Assembly: GCA_965248355.1 (NCBI GenBank)
Contig: OZ252098.1
Span: 1,440,001 to 1,504,000 of the forward strand
DNA: 64,000 nt
DNA from: Candidatus Latescibacterota bacterium
Lineage (GTDB): Bacteria > Latescibacterota > UBA2968 > UBA8231
Direction: 5' to 3'
Below the pieces are notes generated by a model. That model saw only the letters and a program-made list of their open reading frames with translations. It did not search any database and was not told the origin of the DNA. Below are positions 26,890-37,248 of the stretch, piece by piece. Numbering within the stretch: the first letter of the stretch is position 1; every line of letters begins with the position of its first letter. The position numbers and the translations under genes are program-made.

Positions 26890-27720
26890 TCAGAGGCGCA
26901 GCCGCCGCTGGTTGGCGTAGACGTTGAATCCCCGGCCCCGGACGAACCCCGTGAGGGTGACCCCGGCTTCTTTGGCCAGGTCCACGGCCAGGCTCGAGGG
27001 CCCGGAGACCGAGGCGATGAAGCCGATGCCGGCGAGCCGCGCCTTCTGCACGATCTCGAAGCTGGTGCGGCCGCTGACCATGAGAATCGACGCCGAGGGC
27101 GGCCACCGGCCGGCGGCGACGAAGTGGCCCACGAGCTTGTCCACGGCGTTGTGGCGGCCCACGTCCTCGCGCAGGACGAGCAGCTCCCCGGCCGGGTCGA
27201 AGAGACCGGCGGCGTGGAGGGAACCGGTGCGCTCGAACTGGTCCTGGGCCTCGCGCAGCCGGTCGGGCAGGCCGTGCAGGGTGGCGCCGGCCACCTCGAA
27301 GTCGGTCAGCTCCCGGCGGGCCTGGAGACGGACCTGGTCGATGCTCGCCTTGCCGCAGACGCCGCAGCTCGAGGTGGCGTAGAAGTTGCGCTTGATGCCG
27401 GCGGCGTCGAAGGCCAGACCGTCGGCGAGGCGCACGTCGACGACGTTGCGCTCGTTCGGCGGCGAGGCGGAGGGGCAGTAGGAGAGGGCGCCGAGCCCCG
27501 CCGGCTCGGGGAGGATGGCCTCGGTGAGCAGGAAGCCGGCCACGAGATCGAAGTCGTGACCGGGCGTGCGCATGACCACGGCCACGGGCTCGTCGTCGAT
27601 GCGGATCTCCAGGGGCTCCTCCACGGTCACGGCGTCGGGCTCCGGAGCGGCGGCGACGCCGTCGCGCACGACCACGCGCCGGCGCTCGGCCAGCCCCTGG
27701 GCGGAAGCCGCAGGCTTCAC
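26890..27720 (-). CDS. fdhD: formate dehydrogenase accessory sulfurtransferase
   Basis: EEPLEI, MRTPG, SSCGVCG, TGSLHAA, REDVGRHNAVDK, SGRTSFE. Confidence 0.95.
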   Translation of the reverse strand: MKPAASAQGLAERRRVVVRDGVAAAPEPDAVTVEEPLEIRIDDEPVAVVMRTPGHDFDLVAGFLLTEAILPEPAGLGALSYCPSASPPNERNVVDVRLADGLAFDAAGIKRNFYATSSCGVCGKASIDQVRLQARRELTDFEVAGATLHGLPDRLREAQDQFERTGSLHAAGLFDPAGELLVLREDVGRHNAVDKLVGHFVAAGRWPPSASILMVSGRTSFEIVQKARLAGIGFIASVSGPSSLAVDLAKEAGVTLTGFVRGRGFNVYANQRRLRL

Positions 27721-27947
27721 GCGGTGGCCCTCCGACCCGGGCGGACCCGGCCGGGCTCCGCGGTCACCGGCGCGCGCACCCGCACCTGGCGGGAACCCGC
27801 TCTTCCGGGTCCGGGTCCGTCTGCTGCGAGGCTTCCGCCTCTACCGGGGAAAGGATGCACTGGCTGCGCCGCGAATCGATCTTTCAAGGAGGAATGGAGC
27901 GAATCTACCTTGACCCACGGCGCCCGGCAATCGCTGAGAGCGGCTGA

Positions 27948-29858
27948 ATGACGCCCTTCCTCGACGCCTTGCGAGAGGGCCCCCTGCTGGCCGACGGCGC
28001 CATGGGGTCCTACCTCTTCGAGCTGACCGGCCGCCTGTCGGAGGAGAACCATGTGTACGAGGCCTTCGGCGCCGACCGGCCGGAGGTCCTGCGGCAGGTC
28101 GGCCTCGCCTACCTGCAGGCCGGGAGCCGCTGCCTGACCACCAACACCTTCGCCGGCAACGGCGCCTGCCTGGCCGCCAGCGGCCTGGGCCACCGCACCG
28201 CCGAGCTGAACGCCGCCGATGTGGCCGTCACCCGCGAGTCGATCGACGAGTACTGCCGCGCCGCCGGCGCCGACCGGGGCCGCTTCTTCGTCCTCGGTTC
28301 GGTGGGCCCCACCCCGGCCGGGGACGAGTCCGGCCACGCCCTGACCGCGGCCTACGCCGACCACCTGGCCGCCCTCGTCGACGGCGGCGCCGACGCCCTC
28401 CTGCTGGAGACCTTCCGCTCCCTCGAGCAGCTGCGCGGGGTCCTCGCCCTCGTCTCCCGGCTCGCCGCCGGTCTGCCCGTGATCGCTCACATGGCCCTGC
28501 AGCAGGACGGCGAAGGCTGGTCCGTGGACCCCCTCCTCCTGGCCCGCGCCGCGGCCGAAGGCGGCGCCCACGTGGTCGGCATCAACTGCTGCACGCCCTG
28601 GGAGGCGGAGCGGTTCGTGGCCGAGGTGGCGGCCTCGGGCGTGGCCGCCGACCGGGGCCTGCTGGTCTCGGCCATGCCCAACGCGGGAGGCTTCCAGCAC
28701 ATCGGCAACCGTTACATGACCCGCGTCAACCCCGAGTTCATGGGCCGCCTCGGGCGCACCCTGTGCGAGTCGGGGGCGCGGCTCGTGGGCGGCTGCTGCG
28801 AGATCCACCCGCCCCACGTGGCGGAGATGGCCAACTACCTGCACAGCCGCGCCGCCGGGGGCCGGACCGTCGCCGTGGGGTGGCCCGGGGAGCGGACCCC
28901 CACGGGCCTGGAGGTCAAGGCCGCCAACGGCGGCTTCTCCCGCAAGATCTTCGATGGCGGGTTCGCCGTGAGCGTCGAGATCCTGCCGCCGCGAGGCACG
29001 GCGCCGAAGCGGCTGCAGGGCCGCGTCGACTTCGTGGGGCGCCTGGCCGCCTCCGGGCTGGCCGACGCTCTCGACATCACCGACGGCTCGCGCGGCATCC
29101 CCCTCATGCCCCCCGGGGACTTCGTGCACGTGCTGCGCCAGCGCCTGGGCTGGAGGGCCGACGGCGGCGACGGGCTCGAGCTGATCCCCCACTTCACCTC
29201 GCGGGACCTGAACCTCATGGGCCTGCAGGCGCGCCTCGTCGGCTACTGGGCGAACCGCATCCACAACGTCCTGTTCATCACCGGCGACCCCCCCAAGATG
29301 GCGCCCACCTATCCGCGCTCCACGGCGGTCTTCGACGTCGATTCCGTGGACATGGTGCGGCTCACCCATTCCAGGCTGAACGCCGGCGCCGACTTCGGCG
29401 GCCAGCCCCTCGGCCGGCACCGGGACCCGCGCACCCGCTTCACCATCGGCACCGGCTTCGAGCCGGAAGCCCCGGCCCGGGAGCGCGAGCTGGACCGGCT
29501 GCGGCGCAAGATCGACGCCGGCGCCGACTACGTCATGACCCAGCCGGTCTTCCGCCGGGAGGCGCTGGACGGCCTGGAGCCCTTCCGGGAGCGCGTGGCC
29601 GTCCTCGCGGGGGTGCTCGTCCTGCGAGGCCTGGACCACGCCCTGCGCATGGGCACCGTGCCGGGGGTGGTCGTGCCCGACGAGGTGGTGGGCCGGCTCG
29701 GCGACCGCCGGGGGGCAGCCGACCAGGCCCGCGTGGGAGCGGAGATCGCTGCCGAGCAGATCCGCCGCCTCCGCGCCGAAGGCTGGTCCGGGGTGTACCT
29801 CATGTCCCCGGCCGGACCCGCGCCGGTCCTCGAGGTGCTGGCCGCCGGCCTCGGCTAG
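27948..29858 (+). CDS. bifunctional homocysteine S-methyltransferase / methylenetetrahydrofolate reductase (YitJ-like)
   Basis: ADGAMGS, TTNTF, LLETF, GINC, PNAG, GGCC, then SVEILPPRG, ITGDPP, KIDAGADYVMTQP. Confidence 0.93.
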   Translation: MTPFLDALREGPLLADGAMGSYLFELTGRLSEENHVYEAFGADRPEVLRQVGLAYLQAGSRCLTTNTFAGNGACLAASGLGHRTAELNAADVAVTRESIDEYCRAAGADRGRFFVLGSVGPTPAGDESGHALTAAYADHLAALVDGGADALLLETFRSLEQLRGVLALVSRLAAGLPVIAHMALQQDGEGWSVDPLLLARAAAEGGAHVVGINCCTPWEAERFVAEVAASGVAADRGLLVSAMPNAGGFQHIGNRYMTRVNPEFMGRLGRTLCESGARLVGGCCEIHPPHVAEMANYLHSRAAGGRTVAVGWPGERTPTGLEVKAANGGFSRKIFDGGFAVSVEILPPRGTAPKRLQGRVDFVGRLAASGLADALDITDGSRGIPLMPPGDFVHVLRQRLGWRADGGDGLELIPHFTSRDLNLMGLQARLVGYWANRIHNVLFITGDPPKMAPTYPRSTAVFDVDSVDMVRLTHSRLNAGADFGGQPLGRHRDPRTRFTIGTGFEPEAPARERELDRLRRKIDAGADYVMTQPVFRREALDGLEPFRERVAVLAGVLVLRGLDHALRMGTVPGVVVPDEVVGRLGDRRGAADQARVGAEIAAEQIRRLRAEGWSGVYLMSPAGPAPVLEVLAAGLG

Positions 29859-31210
29859 ACTTCCTCCACCCAGCGCCGCCGGACGGCTTCCAGGGCCGAG
29901 GCCCGGTCCCGGAGGCGGCCCTCCAGCTGCTCGTCCTCCACCCAGCGCAGGATCTCGGCGAAGGCCGGACCGGGTGGCAGGCCGAGGCCGATGAGGTCCC
30001 GGCCGCTCACCAGCGGCGGTGGACGCAGCCGGTCCTCCTCCCCCTCGCCGGCCGGCTCCAGGGCCCGCCGGCAGAAGTCGTGGAGATCGAGCATCCCGTG
30101 GCTCGCCAGGCAATCGATGCGGTGCAGCTCGAGCAGCTCCTCGAAGCCCTCCTGGCGCAGGAAGCGCTTGAGCTTGCCGGGGCGCATGCGGCGGGCGTTG
30201 GGGAAGCGCATGTGCTGGGCCGTGAGCATGCGCACGCGCTCGCCGTCGCGCTTGGAGAACCGCAGGCGCCGGGCGATCTCCTCGACCATCTCCGCCCCGA
30301 GCTGGTCGTGGCCGTGGAAGCGGATGCGGTCGGACTCCGAGAACGTGGGCGGCTTGCCCACGTCGTGGAGCAGGACTCCCCAGGCCAGGGTCGGCGACGG
30401 ATCGTCGAGGGCGTCGATCTGCTCCAGCATGAGCAGCACGTGCCGCCAGACGTCGCCCTCCGGGTGGTGCTCCGGCGACTGGCGGACCCCCTTCAGGGCG
30501 GCCACCTCGGGCAGGACTCGCTCGAGCAGCCCCGACCGCCGCAGCAGCCGGAAGCCAGGGACGGCGGCGCCCTCGACGAGGATCCGCGTCAGCTCGTCGC
30601 GCACGCGCTCGGCGGAGAGGAGGTCCACCATGTGGGCGCACTCGCGAATCGCCTGCCAGGTGCCCGGCTCGATCTCGAACCCGAGGCTCGCGGCGAGGCG
30701 CACGGCCCGCAGGGTGCGCAGCCCGTCCTCGGCGAAGCGCTCGGCCGGATCGCCGATGGCGCGGATGAGCCCGGCCTCCAGGTCCTCCCGGCCGCCGACG
30801 TAGTCGAGCACCCCCTCGCCGCCGGGATCGTAGAACAACCCGTTGATCGTGAAGTCGCGGCGGCGGGCGTCCGCCTCGGGACCGGTGAACTCCACCCGCT
30901 CCGGGTGACGGCCGTCGACGTACGGCCCCTCCCGGCGGAAGCGGGCCACGTGGTACTCGCCCTCCGGCAGGCGGACGAGGACGATCCCGAACTGCGCCCC
31001 CACGGGGACGGCGTGCTCGAAGAGCTGCATCACCCGGCCGGGGTCGGCGTCGGTGGCCACGTCCCAGTCCCTGGGCGGGCGTCGCAGCAACAGGTCGCGC
31101 ACGCCGCCGCCGGCGAGGCAGGCCTTGTGCCCGGCCCCCTGGAGCCGGCGGATCACCGCCGCGGCGCCGGGGTCCACGCGCCCGGCCGGGATCGGTTCTA
31201 CTTGCTCCAT
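29855..31210 (-). CDS. cca: CCA tRNA nucleotidyltransferase with HD domain
   Basis: GGGVRD, DWDVAT, DARRRDFTIN, RFAEDGLR, LLHDVGKP, F.GHD. Confidence 0.88.
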   Translation of the reverse strand: MEQVEPIPAGRVDPGAAAVIRRLQGAGHKACLAGGGVRDLLLRRPPRDWDVATDADPGRVMQLFEHAVPVGAQFGIVLVRLPEGEYHVARFRREGPYVDGRHPERVEFTGPEADARRRDFTINGLFYDPGGEGVLDYVGGREDLEAGLIRAIGDPAERFAEDGLRTLRAVRLAASLGFEIEPGTWQAIRECAHMVDLLSAERVRDELTRILVEGAAVPGFRLLRRSGLLERVLPEVAALKGVRQSPEHHPEGDVWRHVLLMLEQIDALDDPSPTLAWGVLLHDVGKPPTFSESDRIRFHGHDQLGAEMVEEIARRLRFSKRDGERVRMLTAQHMRFPNARRMRPGKLKRFLRQEGFEELLELHRIDCLASHGMLDLHDFCRRALEPAGEGEEDRLRPPPLVSGRDLIGLGLPPGPAFAEILRWVEDEQLEGRLRDRASALEAVRRRWVEEV

Positions 31211-31272
31211 TGCGGGCCCCCGGCTAGCCTCTGTGGGAGGAACACGAAGCGGACGAGAGGGATGGAGGAGAG

Positions 31273-31890
31273 ATGCGTCGGAACCGTGTGAAGGCCTCCA
31301 GGGCCCTGCTGAGCACGTCGGACCGGAGGGGCCTGCCGGAGTTCGCCGCGGCCCTGGCGGAACTGGGCATCGAGCTGGTGAGCACCGGCGGCACCGGGGG
31401 CGCCCTGCGCGAGGCGGGCCTGGAGGTGACCGAGGTCTCGGAGGTCACGGGATTCCCGGAGATGATGGACGGACGGGTGAAGAGCCTGCACCCGAAGATC
31501 CACGGCGGCCTCCTCGGGCTGCGGGACAACGCCGGTCACATGGCCACCCTGGAGCGTCACGGGATCGCGCCCTTCGAGCTGGTCTGCGTCAACCTCTACC
31601 CCTTCGAGCAGGCCATCTCCCGCCCCGGCTGCACCCTGGCCGAGGCGATCGAGAACATCGACATCGGGGGCCCCGCCATGTTGCGTTCGGCGGCCAAGAA
31701 CCACGCCTCGATCTACGTGGTCAGCTCGCCGGAGCAGTACCCGGAGACGATCGCGCGCCTGCGCGCCGGCGGGGGCCGCATCGATCCCGCCTACGGCCGG
31801 CGCCTGGCCGTGGAGGCCTTCCGCCTGACGGCGCGCTACGACACCGCCGTCAGCGGCTGGCTCGCCGCCCAGGCGCAGCCGCCCTCCTGA
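31273..31890 (+). CDS. purH: stand-alone IMP cyclohydrolase (PurH N-terminal/MGS-like domain)
   Basis: STGGT, TGFPEMMDGRVKSLHPKIHGG, VNLYPF, ENIDIGGP, AAKN. Ends after YDTAV with no transformylase domain. Confidence 0.85.
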   Translation: MRRNRVKASRALLSTSDRRGLPEFAAALAELGIELVSTGGTGGALREAGLEVTEVSEVTGFPEMMDGRVKSLHPKIHGGLLGLRDNAGHMATLERHGIAPFELVCVNLYPFEQAISRPGCTLAEAIENIDIGGPAMLRSAAKNHASIYVVSSPEQYPETIARLRAGGGRIDPAYGRRLAVEAFRLTARYDTAVSGWLAAQAQPPS

Positions 31891-31899
31891 GCCGCGGGC

Positions 31900-32997
31900 T
31901 CACCGCCCCTCCCCCGCCAGCACCTGACGCAGGCGGCGAGCGACGACCTCCTCCTCGCCCTCCTCCATCATGTAGGGGTTGAACTGGAGGGACCGCTCCC
32001 CGTGGAAGACCTCGATCCGCGGGTCCCCCGATGACAGGGCCCCGGCGGCCCCGCCCCCGTCGAGACCCAGGGCCTCCGGATCCCAGCTCACCGTCAGTCC
32101 GGGAGCGACGTTGGACCGCCCCGTCTCCTCGTTGACCGCGGTCTCCACCGTCTCCACGTCCCGCGCGGCGCCGCCGATGACCTCCAGGCGCCGCAGCCAG
32201 TCCCGCCACTCGGCCTCGTGGTCGCGCCGCACCCACATCTCCACCGCGGCGAGCAGGCCCATGACCTCCTCCTTGCCGGCCTTCATGGGCCGTCCCAGGG
32301 AGTGGTTGGGGGCGCCGTTGCGGAAGGCCGCCTGGAGCAGCTCCTTGCGGCCGAGGATCAGGCCCGAGGCCTGGGGGCCCCGCAGGCACTTGCCGCCGCT
32401 GTAGGCGACGGCGCTGGCGCCCTCGGCCAGGTAGCGGTTGGGCACGTCCGGACGCTCGGCGGCGGCGTCGACGAGACTGGGGATCCCGTGGCGGCGGCCG
32501 ACGGCCGCCATCTCCGCCACGGGGATCCGTCCGCGGTCGGCGGCGTCGCCGAAGAGCAGCAGCATGGCCGTGCGCTCGCTCACCGCCGCCTCCAGCTCGT
32601 CCAGGCTCTCCACCTCGATCAGGCGGGCGCCGGTCATGCGCACGGCGAGGTCGTAGCCGTGGCGGTGGCTCTTCTGCACGATGACCTCGTCCTTCATGCC
32701 CGTCGTGTCGGGCAGGCGCTCGATCCTCTCCGGGTCGGTGCCGGCCACGCACGCCGCCGCCACCTGGCAGAGGGCGGCGGCGCAGCCGTTGACGATCAGC
32801 CCCCACTCGCACTCCATCAGCTCGGCCAGGCGCGTCCCCACGGCCTCGGAGAGCTCCCCGAGGTGCACGTATCGCCTCGACGCCTCCTGCATGGCGGCCC
32901 TCGCCTCGGGCAGCAGCAGGGAGCCGCTGATGATGGTGTAGGTGCCCCGGCAGTTGATGAGGGGCCGCACGCCGATCGATTCGTACGTCGGAATCAC
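31900..32997 (-). CDS. SelA-like PLP-dependent enzyme (DgaE-like)
   Basis: INCRGTYTIISGS, VDAAAE, YSGGKCLRGPQASG, GRPMKAGKEE. Confidence 0.85.
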   Translation of the reverse strand: MIPTYESIGVRPLINCRGTYTIISGSLLLPEARAAMQEASRRYVHLGELSEAVGTRLAELMECEWGLIVNGCAAALCQVAAACVAGTDPERIERLPDTTGMKDEVIVQKSHRHGYDLAVRMTGARLIEVESLDELEAAVSERTAMLLLFGDAADRGRIPVAEMAAVGRRHGIPSLVDAAAERPDVPNRYLAEGASAVAYSGGKCLRGPQASGLILGRKELLQAAFRNGAPNHSLGRPMKAGKEEVMGLLAAVEMWVRRDHEAEWRDWLRRLEVIGGAARDVETVETAVNEETGRSNVAPGLTVSWDPEALGLDGGGAAGALSSGDPRIEVFHGERSLQFNPYMMEEGEEEVVARRLRQVLAGEGR

Positions 32998-34214
32998 AGG
33001 ACGTCCTCCGCGTGTTCAGCCAGGTGGGCCTCCATGGAGGCCATCCCGGCGCTCGGGTCCAGGTTCACCCCCTGGCGGCCAAAGGCCACGCCGAGGGCGT
33101 GCAGGGTGCGGAACAGGTTCGGCGCCCGGCACTGCTCCCCCATCTGGCCGATGCGGACGGCCGGGATGCCGAAGGAGTCGGCGATGAGCACCTTGAAGCG
33201 GTCGGTCATGTACTTGCGGGCCACGCCGTCGTCGACGCCGTCGGGGACGCGGATCGCCAGGACCGAGTTCAGGCGGTACTCGACGGGCGCGTAGAACTCC
33301 AGACCCATGGCCTCGACGCCGGCCTGCAGGGCCAGGGAGCTGTGCAGGTGCCGCTTGAAGCGCTGCTCCAGGGTCTCCTCGATGATCAGGCGCAGGGCCT
33401 CGTGGAGGGCCAGCAGGGCGGGCACCGGCGCCGTGTAGTGGTAGGCGTACTCGCCCCAGAACCGCTCCGCCCGGGTTGCGTCGAGGCACCAGTGGGGCAT
33501 GGGACCCCGGCGGCTTTGGATCACCTCCCAGGCCCGGGGCGAGAAGGAGATGAGGGAGACGCCGGGCAGCGAGGACAGCCCCTTCTGACTGCCGGTGACG
33601 ACTACGTCGATGTCCCACTCGTCCTTCTTGAGTGGCATGGTGCTCAGGGTGCACACGGCGTCGACGATGGTCAGGGCGCCGTGGTCGCGGGCCAGGGACA
33701 CGATCTGCCGCAGATCTCCGGTGAGCACCCCGGAGGAGGTCTCGCCCTGCACCAGGGTCACCGCGTCGAACCGTCCCTCCCGCAGGGCCGCCTCGACCAT
33801 CCCGGCGCCCACGGGCCGGCCGTCGGGCCCCTCCAGGATCGTCACCTCGGCGCCGACGCCGGCGGCCATCTCGGCGAAGCGGCCGCTGAACAGCCCGTTG
33901 CGGCAGACCAGCACCCTCCGGCCGGGCCAGAGCAGGTTGCCCACGGCCATCTCCATGGCCGCCGAGGCCGGTCCGGAGACGCCGTAGATGCGCTCGTCGC
34001 GGGTCTGGAAGACGTAGCGCGACATCTCGCGGATGTGGCGCACCACCATGGCCATGGTGTCGCCCACGTGGTTGATGACCATGCCGCCGGCGCGCGCCAC
34101 CTCCGCCGGCACCGGCACCGGGCCGGCCGTCATGAGCAGCAACGGCTCGGCGGGCAGGACCTGCGTCAGGGGGGGCGGCTGCGGGCGCCGGATGTCCTTG
34201 TCCACGGGGCTCAC
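32994..34214 (-). CDS. alanine-glyoxylate/serine-pyruvate aminotransferase (class V)
   Basis: AGPVP, QGETSSGV, VDAVC, TGSQKGLS, YHYTAP, RIGQMG. Confidence 0.9.
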   Translation of the reverse strand: MSPVDKDIRRPQPPPLTQVLPAEPLLLMTAGPVPVPAEVARAGGMVINHVGDTMAMVVRHIREMSRYVFQTRDERIYGVSGPASAAMEMAVGNLLWPGRRVLVCRNGLFSGRFAEMAAGVGAEVTILEGPDGRPVGAGMVEAALREGRFDAVTLVQGETSSGVLTGDLRQIVSLARDHGALTIVDAVCTLSTMPLKKDEWDIDVVVTGSQKGLSSLPGVSLISFSPRAWEVIQSRRGPMPHWCLDATRAERFWGEYAYHYTAPVPALLALHEALRLIIEETLEQRFKRHLHSSLALQAGVEAMGLEFYAPVEYRLNSVLAIRVPDGVDDGVARKYMTDRFKVLIADSFGIPAVRIGQMGEQCRAPNLFRTLHALGVAFGRQGVNLDPSAGMASMEAHLAEHAEDVL

Positions 34215-34226
34215 TTCGATCCCTCG

Positions 34227-35630
34227 TCAGCTGTTGATGGACCGCCCGAAGGCGGCGGCCGCCGCCTCCATCACCCCCTCCGAGAGCGTCGGATGGGCGT
34301 GGACGGTACCGGCCAGTTCCTCCCAGGTGGCCTCCAGGGTCAGGGCCAGGCCCAGCTCGGCGATCAGCTCGGTGGCCTCGGGTCCGACGATGGCGGCGCC
34401 CAGCAGCTCGCCGTGGCGGGCGCCGAAGACCAGCTTGATCAGCCCCGCCGCGTCGCCCGAGGCGCGCGCCCGGCCGCTGGCGGCGAAGGGGAAACGCCCC
34501 ACCTTCACCTCCAGGCCCCGGGATTCGGCCTGCGCCTGGGAGAGGCCGACGCTGGCCACCTCCGGCTCGCTGTAGATGCAGCGCGGGATCGAGGCCGGGT
34601 CCGGCCTCCCCCGCCCCTGTCCGGCCATCGCCTCGGCGGCCGCCGTTCCCTCGGCCGCGGCGGCGTGGGCCAGCTGGGGCGGCCCGATCAGATCGCCGAT
34701 GGCGTAGACCCCCGGGACCGGGGTCTGGAAGCCGTCGTCCACCGGGATCCGGCCGCGGTTGGAGCGCAGGCCGAGAGCGGCCAGCCCGAGGCCCCCGGCG
34801 TGGCCGGCGACGCCCACCGCCATGAGCACGCGCTCGCCCTTCACCTCGCCGGCTCCCTGCGGACCCTCGAAGGTCACGGTCGCGCGCCGGGCCCGGGGCG
34901 GGGTCCGCACGCCGGTGACGCGCACCCCGGCGCGCACCTCCACGCCGTCGGCCTCCAGGGCGGCGGTGAGCACGGCGGCCGCCTCGGCGTCCTCCTCGGG
35001 CAGGATCTGGGCCTCGGCTTCGAGCAGCACGACACTCGTGCCGAAGGCGCTGTAGAACGACGCGAACTCCACCCCGATGGCGCCGGCGCCGATGATCACC
35101 AGGGAGCCGGGGCGCTTCGGCAGGACCATGGCCTCGCGGCTGGAGATGACGCGCTCGCCGTCGATCTCGACGCCGGGCAGGCTCGCCGGCCGTCCGCCGG
35201 TGGCCAGCAGCACCCGCTCCGCCCGCAGCCGGCGAGGCTCGCCGTCCTCGGGGACCACCTCCACCTCCCGGGAGGGGGTCAGGCGCCCGAGGCCGCGCAC
35301 CACCTCGACGCGGTTCTTCTTCATCAGGGAGGCGACGCCGCCGGACAGCTCCTCGACGATGCGGCGGCTGCGGGCGATCACCCGCTCCCAGTCGTGGCCG
35401 ATCTCGCCGGTGGTGAGCCCGAACTCGCCGGCCCGCCGCAACAGCCGCAGCACCTGGGCCTGCCGCAGCAGGGCCTTGGTGGGGATGCAGCCCCAGTTGA
35501 GGCAGGTCCCTCCGAGGCGCTCTTCGGCCTCGACCAGACCGACGCGCAGGCCGAGCTGGGAGGCGCGGACGGCGGCGCCGCAGCCGCCGGGTCCGCCGCC
35601 GATGACGAGGAGATCGAAAGAGTCGCTCAT
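34227..35630 (-). CDS. lpdA: dihydrolipoyl dehydrogenase
   Basis: GGGPGG, GGTCLNWGCIPTK, GAGAIGVE, HAHPTLSE. Confidence 0.95.
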   Translation of the reverse strand: MSDSFDLLVIGGGPGGCGAAVRASQLGLRVGLVEAEERLGGTCLNWGCIPTKALLRQAQVLRLLRRAGEFGLTTGEIGHDWERVIARSRRIVEELSGGVASLMKKNRVEVVRGLGRLTPSREVEVVPEDGEPRRLRAERVLLATGGRPASLPGVEIDGERVISSREAMVLPKRPGSLVIIGAGAIGVEFASFYSAFGTSVVLLEAEAQILPEEDAEAAAVLTAALEADGVEVRAGVRVTGVRTPPRARRATVTFEGPQGAGEVKGERVLMAVGVAGHAGGLGLAALGLRSNRGRIPVDDGFQTPVPGVYAIGDLIGPPQLAHAAAAEGTAAAEAMAGQGRGRPDPASIPRCIYSEPEVASVGLSQAQAESRGLEVKVGRFPFAASGRARASGDAAGLIKLVFGARHGELLGAAIVGPEATELIAELGLALTLEATWEELAGTVHAHPTLSEGVMEAAAAAFGRSINS

Positions 35631-35634
35631 GACG

Positions 35635-35662
35635 TTGACGGGAAAAGAGGAAGCGACATAAT
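35635..35662 (+). promoter_or_regulatory. putative sigma70 promoter for rnhA
   Basis: TTGACG-N16-CATAAT. Confidence 0.5.
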
Positions 35663-35701
35663 CTAACCCACCCTCCCCGGAAACTCCACGATGGACACGA
35701 C

Positions 35702-36175
35702 GTGAACCGTTCCGCCGGCGAACGCCCCCTGGTCATCTACAGCGACGGCGCCTGCTCCGGAAACCCCGGACCGGGAGGCTGGGCGGCGCTGCTGCGCTAC
35801 TCCGACGGCCGCACCCGGGAGCTGGGCGGCGCCGTGCCCGACACGACCAACAACCGCATGGAGCTCCAGGCCGCCATCGAGGGCCTGAAGGCGGCCGCCG
35901 GCGCCGGCGCCGTGGTCATGGTCACCGACAGCGAATACCTGCGCAAAGGCATCACCGAGTGGATCCACGGGTGGAAGCGGCGGGCCTGGCGGACGGCGGC
36001 GAAGAAGCCGGTCCTCAACCAGGACCTGTGGCATGCGCTGGACGGCCTCAACTCCGGGGCCGTGGAGTGGCGCTACACCCGAGCCCACGCGGGGGATCCG
36101 GGCAACGAGCGCTGCGACGAGATCGCCCACGCCTTCTCCCAGGGCCGGGAGCCGCAACTGACCCGCACCGCCTGA
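35702..36175 (+). CDS. rnhA: ribonuclease HI
   Basis: [35 protein letters not shown]. Confidence 0.97.
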   Translation: MNRSAGERPLVIYSDGACSGNPGPGGWAALLRYSDGRTRELGGAVPDTTNNRMELQAAIEGLKAAAGAGAVVMVTDSEYLRKGITEWIHGWKRRAWRTAAKKPVLNQDLWHALDGLNSGAVEWRYTRAHAGDPGNERCDEIAHAFSQGREPQLTRTA

Positions 36176-36194
36176 GGGCCGCGGCGGCCACGGC

Positions 36195-36971
36195 TCACAG
36201 CCAGCCGCGCAGCCGGTAGACCGCCAGACCCGCGTACTCCTTCACCGCCCGGCTGCTGGCGTCCAGGGCCTCCACGTCGGGCAGCAGCCGCCACGGCGAG
36301 AAGGGCTTGGCCGCCACGCGGAAGTCCGTCGGCGCCGGCACGAAGTCGACCCCCGCCTTGCGAAAGACCCCCGCCGCCCGGGGCATGTGCCGGGCCGAGG
36401 TCACCAGCAGGACCCGCTTCAGTCCGCGCTCGCCCAGCAGCCGCGCCGTGTGCACCGCGTTCTCGCGGGTGTTCCGGGACCGGCTCTCCAGCAGCAGTTG
36501 TCCGGGCTCGACGCCGTACTCGGCCGCGAGCCGGGCCATGCGCGCCGCCTCGGGCAGGCTGGAGCCGGTCAGCCAGGGGATGGCGCCGCCGCTGAGGATC
36601 AGTCCCGGCGCCTTGCCGGCGCGCAGCAGCCGCAGGCCGTGGAGCAGCCGGTCGAAGGAGCCGTTCACCTCGACCTCGATGCGGGGCGGCAGCGGCGCCT
36701 GGGTCGCGCCTCCGAGGACGACGATGGCGTCGACGCGGGGATAGTCCTCCACCGGCGCCGGCGGATAGCGCGACTCCAGGGATCCGAGGAGCAGATCGGC
36801 GGCCATGGGATTGCTCGCCGCGAGGATCACGGCGACGCCGCCGAGCAGGGCCCGCCGGGAGCCGGCGGTCCGGCCCCGCCAGCGCAGCACGGCGGCGGCG
36901 GCCCACAAGACGGTCGCCACGCCCAGGGGATAGAGCAGGGGCGCGAGCAGCTTCGACAGGAGGAGAAACAC
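36195..36971 (-). CDS. YdcF/DUF218 (ElyC-like) membrane protein
   Basis: AIVVLGG, ILSGG, SRNTRENA, LVTSARHMPRA, KEY.G. Confidence 0.9.
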   Translation of the reverse strand: MFLLLSKLLAPLLYPLGVATVLWAAAAVLRWRGRTAGSRRALLGGVAVILAASNPMAADLLLGSLESRYPPAPVEDYPRVDAIVVLGGATQAPLPPRIEVEVNGSFDRLLHGLRLLRAGKAPGLILSGGAIPWLTGSSLPEAARMARLAAEYGVEPGQLLLESRSRNTRENAVHTARLLGERGLKRVLLVTSARHMPRAAGVFRKAGVDFVPAPTDFRVAAKPFSPWRLLPDVEALDASSRAVKEYAGLAVYRLRGWL

Positions 36972-36973
36972 AC

Positions 36974-37192
36974 TCAGTCCGGGAGCGGCAGGCGCATGCG
37001 CCGCGCCATGTCGCAGGTGACCGCGGCCAGCTGCTCGACGCGCTTGCGCACCTCGCCGCTGGGGATCGACTCCCCGTCGAAGTCCTCGGCCAGGGCATGG
37101 ACCTGGCGGGGCACGATCCAGGCGCGCAGGCGGGAGCAGAGGATCACGCCGTGGGCCTCGACGACGGCGATGCGGGGGGCGGTCTCGGTCAT
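36974..37192 (-). CDS. hypothetical 72-aa protein
   Basis: GC3-rich codon usage. Ends 2 nt before the YdcF start and fills the gap. Confidence 0.5.
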   Translation of the reverse strand: MTETAPRIAVVEAHGVILCSRLRAWIVPRQVHALAEDFDGESIPSGEVRKRVEQLAAVTCDMARRMRLPLPD

Positions 37193-37248
37193 GGCGGGAG
37201 CCCGGCGGCGGTGTAATATATGCCGACCCTTACGGAGGAGAGATCCCC

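Noticed and set aside
27725..27947. Possible SAM/SAH riboswitch or small ORF upstream of the yitJ-like gene
   Set aside because: I could not find SAM-I or SAH consensus elements by eye. A 30-codon ORF ending at the ATG has no supportable identity. An Rfam scan would be needed.
31900..32997. Selenocysteine synthase selA
   Set aside because: Shorter than SelA, lacks its N-terminal domain, and no selB or selC is nearby. It matches the SelA-like PLP lyase pattern instead.
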